From: Candidatus Geocrenenecus huangii
GTDB taxonomy: Archaea > Thermoproteota > Nitrososphaeria_A > Caldarchaeales > Wolframiiraptoraceae
DNA length: 34,905 nucleotides
Direction of reading: 5' to 3'
Assembly: GCA_023254095.1 (NCBI GenBank)
Contig: JALNLM010000001.1
Location: forward strand, 205,660-240,564
In this document: positions 9,210 to 19,163 of the stretch, piece after piece
Numbering within the stretch: the stretch's first letter is position 1
Layout: every line of letters begins with the position of its first letter
Position numbers and translations under genes: made by a program
The notes under the pieces: model-generated
What the model was told of the DNA's origin: nothing
Seen by the model: only the letters and a program-made list of their open reading frames with translations
The model's database searches: none

Positions 9210-9638
9210 TCAACGGGTTCTCTTATCTATGTATCTTCTCAATACCTTTGGAAAAAGTTCGTCCTCTTCTTTCCTATAATGGTCGCTTAACACTCTCCTA
9301 ATCTCTTTAAATAAGTCTGCATCTTGATAACATTCTTCTAATGTTCTACTAAGCCTATCAAATAAGTCAAAGATCCTTCTATGTTCCTTGAAGACTTCTA
9401 TCAAGTCCTTACTACCTTCTTTACCAAACATGTCTAAAGCTTTTCTTAAAATCGTAGCTTCTTCATCGACGATATGTTGGCTGATGTTCTTTTTTAGTTC
9501 ATCTAGTATCTCAGAAGCTCTGTGAAGATCACTGCTGAGAAGATGATTGTGGATTCTAGAGAGCTTAGCCATTGAAATAGCATGCTCGTCTATTAAAATA
9601 GTGATTAGCTGTGGGAGGTCTAGTTGTCGAGGCTTCAT
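9210..9638 (-). CDS. Hemerythrin-like (HHE cation-binding) domain protein
   Basis: Four-helix ligand pattern: EH, HIVDEE, EH, HYRKEEDELFP. Confidence 0.85.
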   Translation of the reverse strand: MKPRQLDLPQLITILIDEHAISMAKLSRIHNHLLSSDLHRASEILDELKKNISQHIVDEEATILRKALDMFGKEGSKDLIEVFKEHRRIFDLFDRLSRTLEECYQDADLFKEIRRVLSDHYRKEEDELFPKVLRRYIDKRTR

Positions 9639-9726
9639 AGATAACTCTCAGAGATCACGTTATATCAGTTTATCTAATCCACCATTTTGCTTGTACAGTT
9701 TAATGCTTCCTAGAGTGATTAACTCG

Positions 9727-10974
9727 TTAAGAGATTTGTGAGAGCAGTGTTAATACTTCTGCATCTTTTCTTATATTTTCTATCTTGCAGTACTCGTTCG
9801 GTTTATGAGCCATCCTATCCAACGTTGACCAGACTACTGCAGGTATGTTCTTTGCTCTAAGAAAAGCTGCACAAGTTCCTCCGCCTATCCCTATTATTCT
9901 CGGATCAATGTTCCTAGCTATTTTTAATGCATTCGTCAACTTCTTAACTATTGGGGCGTCCAGGGGGGTTGGGGGCGGAGACTCCCACCTTAAGTTTTCC
10001 TCAACCTCTATCTTAACATTATAGACTAGCTCAAAGCTTCTGCACACCTTATTAACTGCCTCCAAGACGTCCTTAAGATCGTATCTTGGAAGAACTCTGC
10101 AATCAAAGTAGAATACATCTTTTCCTGGAACAGTGTTCACATTATCTACGTTCGGTTCTTTCTTTGTTGGCTCGAAAGTAGATGTCGGTGGAATGAATAT
10201 CTGATCCACCTCATGGAATCTTTCGTTAAGTATCTGGTCTAATGTTGAGATAAGTCGTGCTCCAATCCTATGGGCGTTTACTCCTTCATGTGGAAATGCT
10301 GCGTGAGCTTGCACTCCATGTACGGTGAATTTTAACCATAGAAGATGTTTCTCAGCTACTTCTATTTCCGAGCCATCTGGAGCTCCGTAGTCTAGAACCA
10401 AGGCTTCATCATTCTCTTTAAACATACCCTTCTCAACCAGATATTGTAACCCATATTTACTGCCAGCTTCCTCATCCGAGGCGAAAACCAAGCCTAGATT
10501 GTATTTAGGTGTTAAATCGAGTTCTCTGATAATCCTCACTGTTAGAAGTATTGAAGCTATTGCTTGTCCATTATCTTCTGTTCCCCTACCATAAATTTTT
10601 CCATCCTTTATAACTGGTTTAAATGGATCTGTCTCCCAAAGTTTTTTATCACCTTCAGGGACGGTGTCTATATGAGCTACAAGCCATAAAGTCCTACTCT
10701 TGTCTTCCCCATCGATTACCGCTTGTATGTTTGGTCTTACACCCTCCTTAACTCTATAATCTGGAACATCGATCCTCGAAACCTTGCTTAGACCATATGT
10801 AGATAAAATATCCATCATCTTCTCAGCTCTCTTAGCTTCACCTGACCCGCCTCCTGAAGGATTAACAGCGGGGATCTCTAGGATCTCCATAAAAGATCTT
10901 AAAACATCATCTAGATTTTTGTTAGCCACGACTTTTATCTTTTCCACTAAATCCTTCATACATGGCCTCTTCAT
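9727..10974 (-). CDS. M20 family metallo-amidohydrolase (DapE/ArgE-like)
   Basis: AHIDTVP, GRGTEDNG, SDEE, QAHAAFP, NTVPG and C-terminal AH motifs. The true start may be the second Met (MKDLVEK). Confidence 0.9.
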   Translation of the reverse strand: MKRPCMKDLVEKIKVVANKNLDDVLRSFMEILEIPAVNPSGGGSGEAKRAEKMMDILSTYGLSKVSRIDVPDYRVKEGVRPNIQAVIDGEDKSRTLWLVAHIDTVPEGDKKLWETDPFKPVIKDGKIYGRGTEDNGQAIASILLTVRIIRELDLTPKYNLGLVFASDEEAGSKYGLQYLVEKGMFKENDEALVLDYGAPDGSEIEVAEKHLLWLKFTVHGVQAHAAFPHEGVNAHRIGARLISTLDQILNERFHEVDQIFIPPTSTFEPTKKEPNVDNVNTVPGKDVFYFDCRVLPRYDLKDVLEAVNKVCRSFELVYNVKIEVEENLRWESPPPTPLDAPIVKKLTNALKIARNIDPRIIGIGGGTCAAFLRAKNIPAVVWSTLDRMAHKPNEYCKIENIRKDAEVLTLLSQIS

Positions 10975-11026
10975 ATAGATGGATTAAAACCTTTACGTCA
11001 TGTGGGGAAGTTGAAAAGACCCCTGT

Positions 11027-11998
11027 TTATTTCTTAACGTGGAGCCAGCAATATGTTCTATGTTTCTCCCCGAATTGGATCTCTGGTGGTTCTTCTTCTC
11101 TACAAACATCCATGACGTGCGGGCATCTAGTATGGAATCTACATGCTTTTGGAGGATTCGTCGGACTTGGAGGTTCACCTCTTAAGATTACTTTCTCTCT
11201 AACATCTTTAGCGAAGGGGTCCGGTACAGAAGTTAAGAGTGTCTGAGTATAGGGGTGTAGAGGTTCTTTGAAGATTTTCTCTGTTGGAGCTTCCTCCATT
11301 ATCTTTCCCAAGTATATTACCAGTACTCTATCGCTAATGTATCTAACTATTGAGAGGTCGTGAGTTATAAGAAGATATGAAAGATTCATTTTTTCTTTGA
11401 GTTCAGCGAGCAGGTTTAAGATCTGCGCTTGAATACTAACGTCTAGAGCGCTTGTAGGTTCATCTAAGATTACGAGCTTAGGGTTAAGAGAGATAGCTCT
11501 AGCTATTGCAACTCTCTGCGCTTGACCTCCACTAAGCTCATGCGGAAACTTCTCTAAGAAGGATTGGTCGAGTCCTACCATCTCAAGCAGTTTTGATACA
11601 TACTCGTAGAGTTCTTTCCTGGATAGCTTCATATGATTCTTCACGGGCTCTGAGATTATATCATGAACATTCATTCTAGGGTCTAGGGATAAGAAGGGGT
11701 TCTGGAAGACTGCCTGCACGCTTCTTCTATAATCTCTATACTCCTTACCTCTTGCTTCGGTAATATTGTACCCATCAAATAGTATCTCTCCAGAAGTGGG
11801 TCTTTCAAGTAGGAGTAGACATTTAGCTATGGTTGTCTTACCTGAGCCTGACTCACCCACGAGGCTTACTACTTCACTTTGACCGACACTGAAAGTAATC
11901 CCATCGACTGCTTTAACATGTCCGACTATCTTTCCAAATAAGCCAGACCTTATCGGGAAATACTTTCTTAAATTATTGATCTCAACTAGTCTACTCAT
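11027..11998 (-). CDS. dppF: Oligo/dipeptide ABC transporter ATP-binding subunit (DppF/OppF)
   Basis: GESGSGKT, LSGGQAQR, LDEPTSALD, HPYT and CRFHTRC motifs. Start set to the ATG at 11998, which overlaps the dppD stop (ATGA). Confidence 0.92.
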   Translation of the reverse strand: MSRLVEINNLRKYFPIRSGLFGKIVGHVKAVDGITFSVGQSEVVSLVGESGSGKTTIAKCLLLLERPTSGEILFDGYNITEARGKEYRDYRRSVQAVFQNPFLSLDPRMNVHDIISEPVKNHMKLSRKELYEYVSKLLEMVGLDQSFLEKFPHELSGGQAQRVAIARAISLNPKLVILDEPTSALDVSIQAQILNLLAELKEKMNLSYLLITHDLSIVRYISDRVLVIYLGKIMEEAPTEKIFKEPLHPYTQTLLTSVPDPFAKDVREKVILRGEPPSPTNPPKACRFHTRCPHVMDVCREEEPPEIQFGEKHRTYCWLHVKK

Positions 11999-12969
11999 TG
12001 TTTCTCCTCCATGTATAGATGACATGCAACCTTATGGTTCCTTGAATACTCTTTGATGGGGGGCTTAACAACTCTACATACATCCATAACTTCGCTGCAT
12101 CTGTCTGAGAATATGCATCCTTTTAATGGATTCGCTAGATCCGGTATCGTTCCGGGAATATGTTTTAGCTTGGAGTACTTGATATGTGTTCGAGGAATAC
12201 ATTCCATTAATCCTCTTGTGTATGGATGTAGCGGATTATTGATTAGTTCGCTTGAGTTTGCTTCTTCTATTAATTCTCCTCCATACATCACTATTATCCT
12301 ATCAGCTATCTCCGAGGCCACACCCAGGTTATGAGTTATGAAAAGCATGGATAGTCCAAGCTTCCTCTTAAGACTTAGCAGCAGATCTATTATCTGGGCC
12401 TGAAGCGTTACATCAAGCATAGTTGTGGGTTCATCGGCGATCAACATTCTTGGATTAGTCGATAACGCTATGGCTATTACAACTCTTTGAAGCATCCCAC
12501 CGCTTAATTCGTGGGGATATGAATTATATATCCTCGTGGGGTCCGGGAGCTCAACCATCCTAAACATCTCCAAGGCTTTCTCTTTAATCTTCTCACGTTC
12601 CTTTATCTGGAGGTGAGTTTTTATTACGTCGGAGATTACTTCTCCAACCTTAAACAACGGGTTGAGTGTGGCCGCAGGGTCTTGAAAAACTATCATTATG
12701 TTATTAACCTTCTTATTTCTTGTCTCAGCCTCGAGCAAATTCTTCCCCATGAAGATAATTCTACCGCTACGTATGATAGCGTTTTCGGGGAGGGCGCCCG
12801 CTATTGCTAACCCGACTGTAGATTTACCCGAGCCAGATTCCCCAACTAGGCAGACTACTTCACCCTCATATATTTCGAAGGATACATTTCTTACAGCTTT
12901 TAGGGATCCTCCTAAGACGATGTAATCTATTGACAGATCTTCAACCCTGAGTATTGAGTGGTTTTTCAT
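11995..12969 (-). CDS. dppD: Oligo/dipeptide ABC transporter ATP-binding subunit (DppD/OppD)
   Basis: GESGSGKS, LSGGMLQR, ADEPTT, HPYT and C-terminal Cys cluster. Confidence 0.92.
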   Translation of the reverse strand: MKNHSILRVEDLSIDYIVLGGSLKAVRNVSFEIYEGEVVCLVGESGSGKSTVGLAIAGALPENAIIRSGRIIFMGKNLLEAETRNKKVNNIMIVFQDPAATLNPLFKVGEVISDVIKTHLQIKEREKIKEKALEMFRMVELPDPTRIYNSYPHELSGGMLQRVVIAIALSTNPRMLIADEPTTMLDVTLQAQIIDLLLSLKRKLGLSMLFITHNLGVASEIADRIIVMYGGELIEEANSSELINNPLHPYTRGLMECIPRTHIKYSKLKHIPGTIPDLANPLKGCIFSDRCSEVMDVCRVVKPPIKEYSRNHKVACHLYMEEKQ

Positions 12970-13856
12970 TGTTTTATCCCCAGCCTCATCAATATTGTTC
13001 TCCTAATTCTAGGGTCTGCCGATTCTCTCAGAGCATCTGAAAACAGGTTGAAGCCTACAACCGTTATAAGTATCGCTAGGCCTGGGAAGAAAGCTATCCA
13101 CCAAGCATAGTTTATCGATTGCCAACCTTCGCTTACGAGTAGACCCCATTCAGGTGTAGGTGGCTTAACGCCTACACCTATGAAGCTTAGGCCAGCTGCT
13201 TCAAGTATAGCTGAGCCCGTATCTAATGCTGCCTGTACAAGGGTTGGGGTAAGAGCGTTTGGGATTACGTGCTTGGTCATTATCTTGAAACTTGAAAGTC
13301 CAGCTATCTTCGCAGAATCGATATAAGGCATGTTCTTCACAGTATTTGTCTGGACGTATACCAGTCTAGCATACCATGGCCACCATGAGATAGCGAGCGC
13401 TATGATTAGGTTTAGAAGTCCTCTGCCGAGAGTCGCTGCGAAAACTATTGCTAGCAATAGTGGTGGAAAAGCAAGAAACATATCGGTAATCCTCATGAGT
13501 ATTGTCCCGATCCTGCCCCCATGGTATCCTGCAGCTACCCCGACCGGTATACCTATAATTAAAGATAACCCTATTACTCCAGCAGCGATGACTAGCGAGA
13601 AACTTGAGCCTAGGAGAACTCTACTGAGCATGTCTCTTCCTAATGCGTCAGTCCCAAATGGATGTTCGAGGCTTGGCGGTAGAAACCTTTTTTCTACATT
13701 ATATGTGAGCCCCCAAGCATCTTCGGAATAAGGAACGATCAATGGCGCTGTCAGCCCGACTACTACAAAACATACTACTATGATTAAGCTAGCTAGTGAC
13801 GTCGGCTTCTTGATTATTAGGTTCAGTATTATGATTTGTTCTTTGAATCTTTTCAT
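12966..13856 (-). CDS. dppC: Oligo/dipeptide ABC transporter permease (DppC/OppC)
   Basis: HPFGTDALGRD, EAA-like loop YIDSAKIAG, HVIPN and PPTPEWG motifs. Confidence 0.92.
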   Translation of the reverse strand: MKRFKEQIIILNLIIKKPTSLASLIIVVCFVVVGLTAPLIVPYSEDAWGLTYNVEKRFLPPSLEHPFGTDALGRDMLSRVLLGSSFSLVIAAGVIGLSLIIGIPVGVAAGYHGGRIGTILMRITDMFLAFPPLLLAIVFAATLGRGLLNLIIALAISWWPWYARLVYVQTNTVKNMPYIDSAKIAGLSSFKIMTKHVIPNALTPTLVQAALDTGSAILEAAGLSFIGVGVKPPTPEWGLLVSEGWQSINYAWWIAFFPGLAILITVVGFNLFSDALRESADPRIRRTILMRLGIKQ

Positions 13857-14875
13857 AGCTTCACCCTAGGGTCTAATGCTGAATGAATTACGTCTACTAA
13901 TGTGTTAATTACGCAGTAGAATATGGCGACTATTAGCACGCATCCTATTACCGCTGGATAATCGAAACTGAGTAAAGCCATTGCAGCATAGAATCCGATT
14001 CCAGGCCATACGAATACTAGCTCAACCATGAAGGCCCCGATAATCGTGTATCCGAATGATAGACCTATCGAAGCGATGACAGGGGCAAGCGTGTTCTTCA
14101 AAGAGTATTTGAACAGTATGATTCTTTGAGGGAGCCCCCACGCTGTTAGGCTTCTTACATGCTGCTCGGTCAAAACTTCCATCATCATAGCTCTAGTCAT
14201 CCTTGCACTCAGACAGAATGGATAAGAGGCCAAAACCATTGCTGGAAGAATTATGTGTTTCAGAGAATCTATGAAGACCATGTAGTTTCCCTGAATCAAG
14301 CTATCAATGAGATAGAACCCTGTAATCTGTCTGAAGCCGGTCACTATTACGACCCATTCATCCACCCTTTTCGCTGAGGGTAGCATACCGAGCCAAGTAC
14401 CGAAAACTAATTGAATTATCAATGCAAGCCAGAATACAGGTATAGATGCTCCTACAACCGTTATTATCTTAACCAAGTCGTCGATCCAAGTATATTTCTT
14501 TATTGCTGCAAACACTCCCAGGGGAACTCCAATAATAAGTGCAAACGCAAACGCTATAATTATTAATTCTAATGTAGCGGTTAAGCTCGACATGACATCT
14601 ACTAAGACCGGGGACCTAGTCCTCCATGAGACTCCCCAGTTGCCTTGGAAGAAGTCTTGTAGATAGAGGATAAACTGTATATAGATTGGCTTATCTAGAT
14701 GTAGTTGTTTCCTCGCTTTGTCTATCTGCTCAATGGTTGCGTGTGGTCCAGCCCAGAGGAGTTCAGGTCTAGCTGGAACAATTCTAGTAATAATAAACGT
14801 TATGAATAATACTCCTAACACTACCAGTATGAGGAGTATTAATCTCTTCACAAGGTATTCTTTACTTACTGGCAT
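13853..14875 (-). CDS. dppB: Oligo/dipeptide ABC transporter permease (DppB/OppB)
   Basis: LDKPIYIQF, ATLEL, HIILPA, VELVFVWPGIG and DPRV motifs. Confidence 0.92.
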   Translation of the reverse strand: MPVSKEYLVKRLILLILVVLGVLFITFIITRIVPARPELLWAGPHATIEQIDKARKQLHLDKPIYIQFILYLQDFFQGNWGVSWRTRSPVLVDVMSSLTATLELIIIAFAFALIIGVPLGVFAAIKKYTWIDDLVKIITVVGASIPVFWLALIIQLVFGTWLGMLPSAKRVDEWVVIVTGFRQITGFYLIDSLIQGNYMVFIDSLKHIILPAMVLASYPFCLSARMTRAMMMEVLTEQHVRSLTAWGLPQRIILFKYSLKNTLAPVIASIGLSFGYTIIGAFMVELVFVWPGIGFYAAMALLSFDYPAVIGCVLIVAIFYCVINTLVDVIHSALDPRVKL

Positions 14876-14923
14876 CTACTCCCTCCTCAAAAAATAGAGG
14901 GTTTGTAAATTGATGTACACCGC

Positions 14924-16588
14924 CTATTTCTCGACGCTTAATACCTGTGCGAAGATCACCGTTGGATACCCTGGGTTAACAGCATTATCTAGATTTCTTA
15001 TATATGCTCTACCTACTCTGACATCGATCATATCCCATAGTGGGATCGCTGGGACATCTTCATAGAGCATCTTCTGAGCCTGGTAGTAGAGTCGCAGGGC
15101 TTCTTCTTCATTTATACCTTCTAAGGCTATCGCTTCTTCTATTGTTTTCTCGAACTCTGGATTCTCGTAGTAGCATAGATTAAAAGATTTAGAATCACTG
15201 TGGAACATATTGTAGAGGAAGTCGAATGGAGTGATATACGTGGGCCACCAATAGAAGATGAATAAGTCTTGTGCTTTCTCAGGGTCTTCCCAACCTGACT
15301 GGGCTAAAGCCCATTGCTCCTCCCAGCTCATAGGCCTGACATCCACTTTTATGCCTATCTTACTTAGGCTTGCAGCTATCAGTTCTGAGGTCCTCTGCTC
15401 ATACACGTCTCCAGCCGTGTAGACTAGCACTAACGTTTTATCTAATCCACTTGGGTAACCTGCTTCAGCCAGTAGTTTTCTAGCTTCGTCGAGGTCGTAT
15501 TTGTATTTGAAGTCATCAAAGTGTCCAAACATTCCCGTTGGGACAGGGCCGCTTGCAACATTCGCTAATCCGGCTCTCGCTACTTTAACGATGTCTTCAT
15601 AGGGTATAGCATGCGCTATAGCTCTCCTAACTAAAACATTATCTAGGGGGCTTTTCTTGGTATTGATTAGTAGGAGTAGGTTCTGGAAGCTCGGTTTAAC
15701 GGTTACATGTAGGTTCGGGTCGGCTTTCAAACGGTCAATATCTTCCAGCGGCACATACTCTGCAATATCTATATCTCCCGAGACTACAAGTCTTTCTTGT
15801 GTTACGGCATCTTTAACTATCTTTACAATAAATACGTCTGGAGCATTCCTGGAAGCCATCTCGTAGGATGGAAGCTTCCAGCCCCACCAATCTTCAAACT
15901 TCTCAAGTATAACCTCGTTCTCGGGATCCCACTTAACGAGTTTGTAGGGTCCGCTTCCTGCATCATTACCTTGGTTAAACCATTCAGGCGTATTCGGCGT
16001 CTTCGGGCTAAAGATCCATGCACCATATGATGAGGCTGCAATACTATCGAGCGGTGCAGGATACTTCAACGTGAACATAACGGTATAATCGTTTACGACT
16101 TCTATTTTCTCTACAGGGTCCCATATGAAGGCAGCTCCTTGGCCCAGCGTTATTGTCCTATTCAGCGCTGATTTTACAGCTTCAGCTGTAAACGGTGTCC
16201 CATCATGGAATACAACGCCTTTCCTAAGATAGAATGTCCAGATGAGACCATCCTGAGAAAACTCCCATTTCTCTGCTAAGGCCGGTATAAACTTATTCTC
16301 CAATGGATTGTACCATAGAAGAGGCTCATAAACCAAACAAAGCCATAGTATAGAGTTTGAGAACTCTGTGCTGGGATCCGCTGTAGTCATTTCTGAAAGT
16401 GAAGCATAAACAACTACTTTCTTTGTCGGGGTTGGAGTAGTAGATACTGTCGTCGTAGTCGGTGTTACAGTAGGCGGTGCGGGCGCCATAATGAAGTAGA
16501 GACCTACAACGATGACCGCTAATATAATTACTACAATTAATACTATGATCTTCGAGATTGCTTTTCTATTCATGTTACCACCCGACAT
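14924..16588 (-). CDS. dppA: ABC transporter substrate-binding protein, family 5 (DppA/OppA-like), with class III-like signal peptide and Pro/Thr linker
   Basis: VYEPL, PALAEKWE, FYLRKGVVFHDGTPFTAEAV and GSGPY motifs. N-terminus RKA|ISKII plus hydrophobic helix, then PAPPTVTPTTTT. The start may be 16573. Confidence 0.92.
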   Translation of the reverse strand: MSGGNMNRKAISKIIVLIVVIILAVIVVGLYFIMAPAPPTVTPTTTTVSTTPTPTKKVVVYASLSEMTTADPSTEFSNSILWLCLVYEPLLWYNPLENKFIPALAEKWEFSQDGLIWTFYLRKGVVFHDGTPFTAEAVKSALNRTITLGQGAAFIWDPVEKIEVVNDYTVMFTLKYPAPLDSIAASSYGAWIFSPKTPNTPEWFNQGNDAGSGPYKLVKWDPENEVILEKFEDWWGWKLPSYEMASRNAPDVFIVKIVKDAVTQERLVVSGDIDIAEYVPLEDIDRLKADPNLHVTVKPSFQNLLLLINTKKSPLDNVLVRRAIAHAIPYEDIVKVARAGLANVASGPVPTGMFGHFDDFKYKYDLDEARKLLAEAGYPSGLDKTLVLVYTAGDVYEQRTSELIAASLSKIGIKVDVRPMSWEEQWALAQSGWEDPEKAQDLFIFYWWPTYITPFDFLYNMFHSDSKSFNLCYYENPEFEKTIEEAIALEGINEEEALRLYYQAQKMLYEDVPAIPLWDMIDVRVGRAYIRNLDNAVNPGYPTVIFAQVLSVEK

Positions 16589-16637
16589 TAAATCATCGGT
16601 CCTAGACGCTTATTAACTTTTCAAGCAAACTTATCAT

Positions 16638-17330
16638 TTAGTCAATTCTGTATAGATATCTCTTGCTGTGCTTTAAGCCGATTGAGGCTAGGGCTTCAGC
16701 TATCTTGAATGTTGTAATTGCTGGGTCGATTACTGGAACCTTGAGTTCCTCCGACATCCATTCAGCTAAACCTATCATTCCACTGCATCCCAATACTATC
16801 ACTTCTGCAAGATGTTCTTCAACAGCTTTCTTGCCTTCTTCCAGAATCATCCTCCTAGTTCTTTCTTCGTCGGTCCTCAATTCTAGAACATGGAGGGGTA
16901 TCCCCGAAGCATATGCTAGTCTATCTCTCACACCAAGTTTTAATGCTTTAATATCATAGGAAGCTTTAGATTTCTCTCCTGTGGATATTACTGCAAACCT
17001 ATATCCTAGGTGAAGAGCGGTAAGCATTGATGTCTCGCCTACACCGAGAACAAGTATGGAAGCTTTCTCTCTAGCGGCCTCCAAGCCTGGATCGTCGAAA
17101 CAATTAATCACTGCTGCATCGTATCCTTTACCCTCAGCTTCCAGAACCTTCTCGACGACACGTGGAGCTGCCAAAACTACATCTGAATCCGACTCGATCG
17201 ATCTAGGGCCATCATCTAAGTTTCCGACAGATAGCTCCGTATCTTTGAATGCTATTTTCTTTAGAGTCTTTTCTGTAATCCGATTCCATATACTTATTGA
17301 AACGGGGTTAAGAACAAATATGCGGACCAA
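16638..17330 (-). CDS. Asp/Glu/hydantoin racemase family protein (hydantoin/allantoin racemase-like)
   Basis: VLNP, GPRSIE, NCFDDPG, LGCSGM and PVIDP motifs; both catalytic Cys present. Confidence 0.9.
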   Translation of the reverse strand: MVRIFVLNPVSISIWNRITEKTLKKIAFKDTELSVGNLDDGPRSIESDSDVVLAAPRVVEKVLEAEGKGYDAAVINCFDDPGLEAAREKASILVLGVGETSMLTALHLGYRFAVISTGEKSKASYDIKALKLGVRDRLAYASGIPLHVLELRTDEERTRRMILEEGKKAVEEHLAEVIVLGCSGMIGLAEWMSEELKVPVIDPAITTFKIAEALASIGLKHSKRYLYRID

Positions 17331-17399
17331 CTTAGCTCAACAGAATAGTAGGGTAAGATTTATTTAAGAGATCTCACATCTAGGTTGAAGGTGCGATAA
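17331..17399. promoter_or_regulatory. Compact divergent promoter region of the catabolic cluster
   Basis: 69-bp spacer between divergent starts, with a central AT box (TTTATTTAA, about 17359-17367) readable as TATA-like on both strands. Confidence 0.5.
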
Positions 17400-18500
17400 A
17401 TGTTTGAAGTTAGTAATATTGAACAGATTAGAGACTTTGTTAGAGGTGCAACGATTCTAGGAACCGGAGGCGGCGGAGACCCTGACGAGGGATTAAGATT
17501 GCTGGAGAAAGTTTTTCTAGAGGGTAAGAAGATAAAGCTTGTCAATTTATCTGAGATTGATAAAGAATCAGTCATCGTTGTTCCATACTATGTTGGGACA
17601 ATAGCTCCAGATGCAAAAACAAGAAAACCGATAAAAATTCAGGAACCGATAAAAATAGCTTTCAGAGAAATGGAGCGCATACTCGGTAGAAAGATCTCAG
17701 CTGTATTAGCCTCCGAATTAGGGGGATTTAATGCTTCTCTAGCATTATATATGGGTGCATACATGGATTTACCAGTAGTCGATGGAGACCTACTTGGTAG
17801 AGCCGCTCCGGAACTTCATCAATGCACGGTACATATATTCGGTATCCCCATGTATCCTTCTGTAATAGTCTCTGAGACCGGGAACAAAGTCGTCGTATAT
17901 GAGTATAGCGATATAGATGATTATGAGGCTATCGCTAGATATCTCTCCGTCTTGTCGGGAAGATTCGCCGCAGTCGTGGACACCCCTCTAAGAATAGAAG
18001 ATGCTGAGAAAGCAGTCGTCAAGAATACTTTGAGCATGTGCATCAAGGTTGGAGAAGCAGTTAGAATTGCTAGGGGCAGAAGAATAGACCCAGTAGAGGA
18101 AGTTAGAAAAATACTTGGTGGATGGAGAATATTTGAAGGCATAGTTGAATCATATCAGTATAGGGATGAGAAGGGATTTCTGAGAGGAGAAGCAATCGTC
18201 AAAGGTGCTGGCAAGTATAGTGGGATGAAGCTTAGGACATGGATAATGAATGAGCATCTAATGGCTTGGATAGATGGTAAACCAGTAGTCATGGCCCCCG
18301 ACCTCATAATGTTTCTCAATGATGAAGGTGAAGGAATAACGAATTCCGAATTAAAGGAAGGCATGAAGGTAAACGTTATAGCTTCTAAGGCACCAGATAT
18401 GTGGAGAACAGAGAATGGATTAAAATATTTTAGCCCAAGGAGGTTTGGATTCGACATCGATTATATACCTATTGAAGAACTAGTGGGGAAGACTAAATGA
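17400..18500 (+). CDS. DUF917 family protein (thiohydantoin desulfurase-like family)
   Basis: GATILGTGGGGDP, ELGGFN, VVDGDLLGRAAPEL, NEHL and PDLI motifs characteristic of DUF917. Confidence 0.88.
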   Translation: MFEVSNIEQIRDFVRGATILGTGGGGDPDEGLRLLEKVFLEGKKIKLVNLSEIDKESVIVVPYYVGTIAPDAKTRKPIKIQEPIKIAFREMERILGRKISAVLASELGGFNASLALYMGAYMDLPVVDGDLLGRAAPELHQCTVHIFGIPMYPSVIVSETGNKVVVYEYSDIDDYEAIARYLSVLSGRFAAVVDTPLRIEDAEKAVVKNTLSMCIKVGEAVRIARGRRIDPVEEVRKILGGWRIFEGIVESYQYRDEKGFLRGEAIVKGAGKYSGMKLRTWIMNEHLMAWIDGKPVVMAPDLIMFLNDEGEGITNSELKEGMKVNVIASKAPDMWRTENGLKYFSPRRFGFDIDYIPIEELVGKTK

Positions 18501-19159
18501 AGATACTCGTTATAAACCCTATAGGTGATGATAGCTGGGATGAAAGTGATAGGAGATTCTTTCAGAATATTGCTTCCTCTACAACGAAGATTGATGTTGT
18601 AAGCCTGGGTAGCGGTCCTCCAAGCGTTGAAACTATACGAGACTATGAGGCCGTGAGGCCTATAGTAATAGACTTAGCATTAAAGATGTACAGAGAATAC
18701 GATGGGCTAATCGTTAATTGTTTCCTAGACCCAGGAGTCCAAGAATTGAAAAATCTAATCAATAGGCCTGTCGTAGGTCCTGGAGAATCTTCTCTAGCTT
18801 TCGGGAGTATTTTCGGAGGAAGGTTAGGCATAGTGAGTATCGAGAGCGAGGCTCTCAAACTGATAGAGGAAAAATGCAGTATCCTGGGATACGGTGAGAG
18901 AATCGTTTCGATTAGAGGTATCAAGACTCATGTTGTCGACTTGGCGAGGGACTGGGATAGGGTGAAGATGGAGTTGGTAGAAGAATCTAGGAGGGCCGTC
19001 AGAGATGGTGCAGAAGTGATTATTCTCGGATGCACAGGTTTGGCGGGTTTAAGTAAATGGGTCTCCGAAGCCGTCAGTAAGCCCGTAATCGATCCTGCTG
19101 CAGCAGCTCTCAAGATGATCGAGAGCATCGTATCGCTAGGGTTGAGAAGGATGGAGTGA
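18497..19159 (+). CDS. Asp/Glu/hydantoin racemase family protein, second paralog
   Basis: VINP, GPPSVE, NCFLDPG, LGCTGL and PVIDP motifs. Confidence 0.9.
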   Translation: MKILVINPIGDDSWDESDRRFFQNIASSTTKIDVVSLGSGPPSVETIRDYEAVRPIVIDLALKMYREYDGLIVNCFLDPGVQELKNLINRPVVGPGESSLAFGSIFGGRLGIVSIESEALKLIEEKCSILGYGERIVSIRGIKTHVVDLARDWDRVKMELVEESRRAVRDGAEVIILGCTGLAGLSKWVSEAVSKPVIDPAAAALKMIESIVSLGLRRME

Positions 19160-19163
19160 AGAC

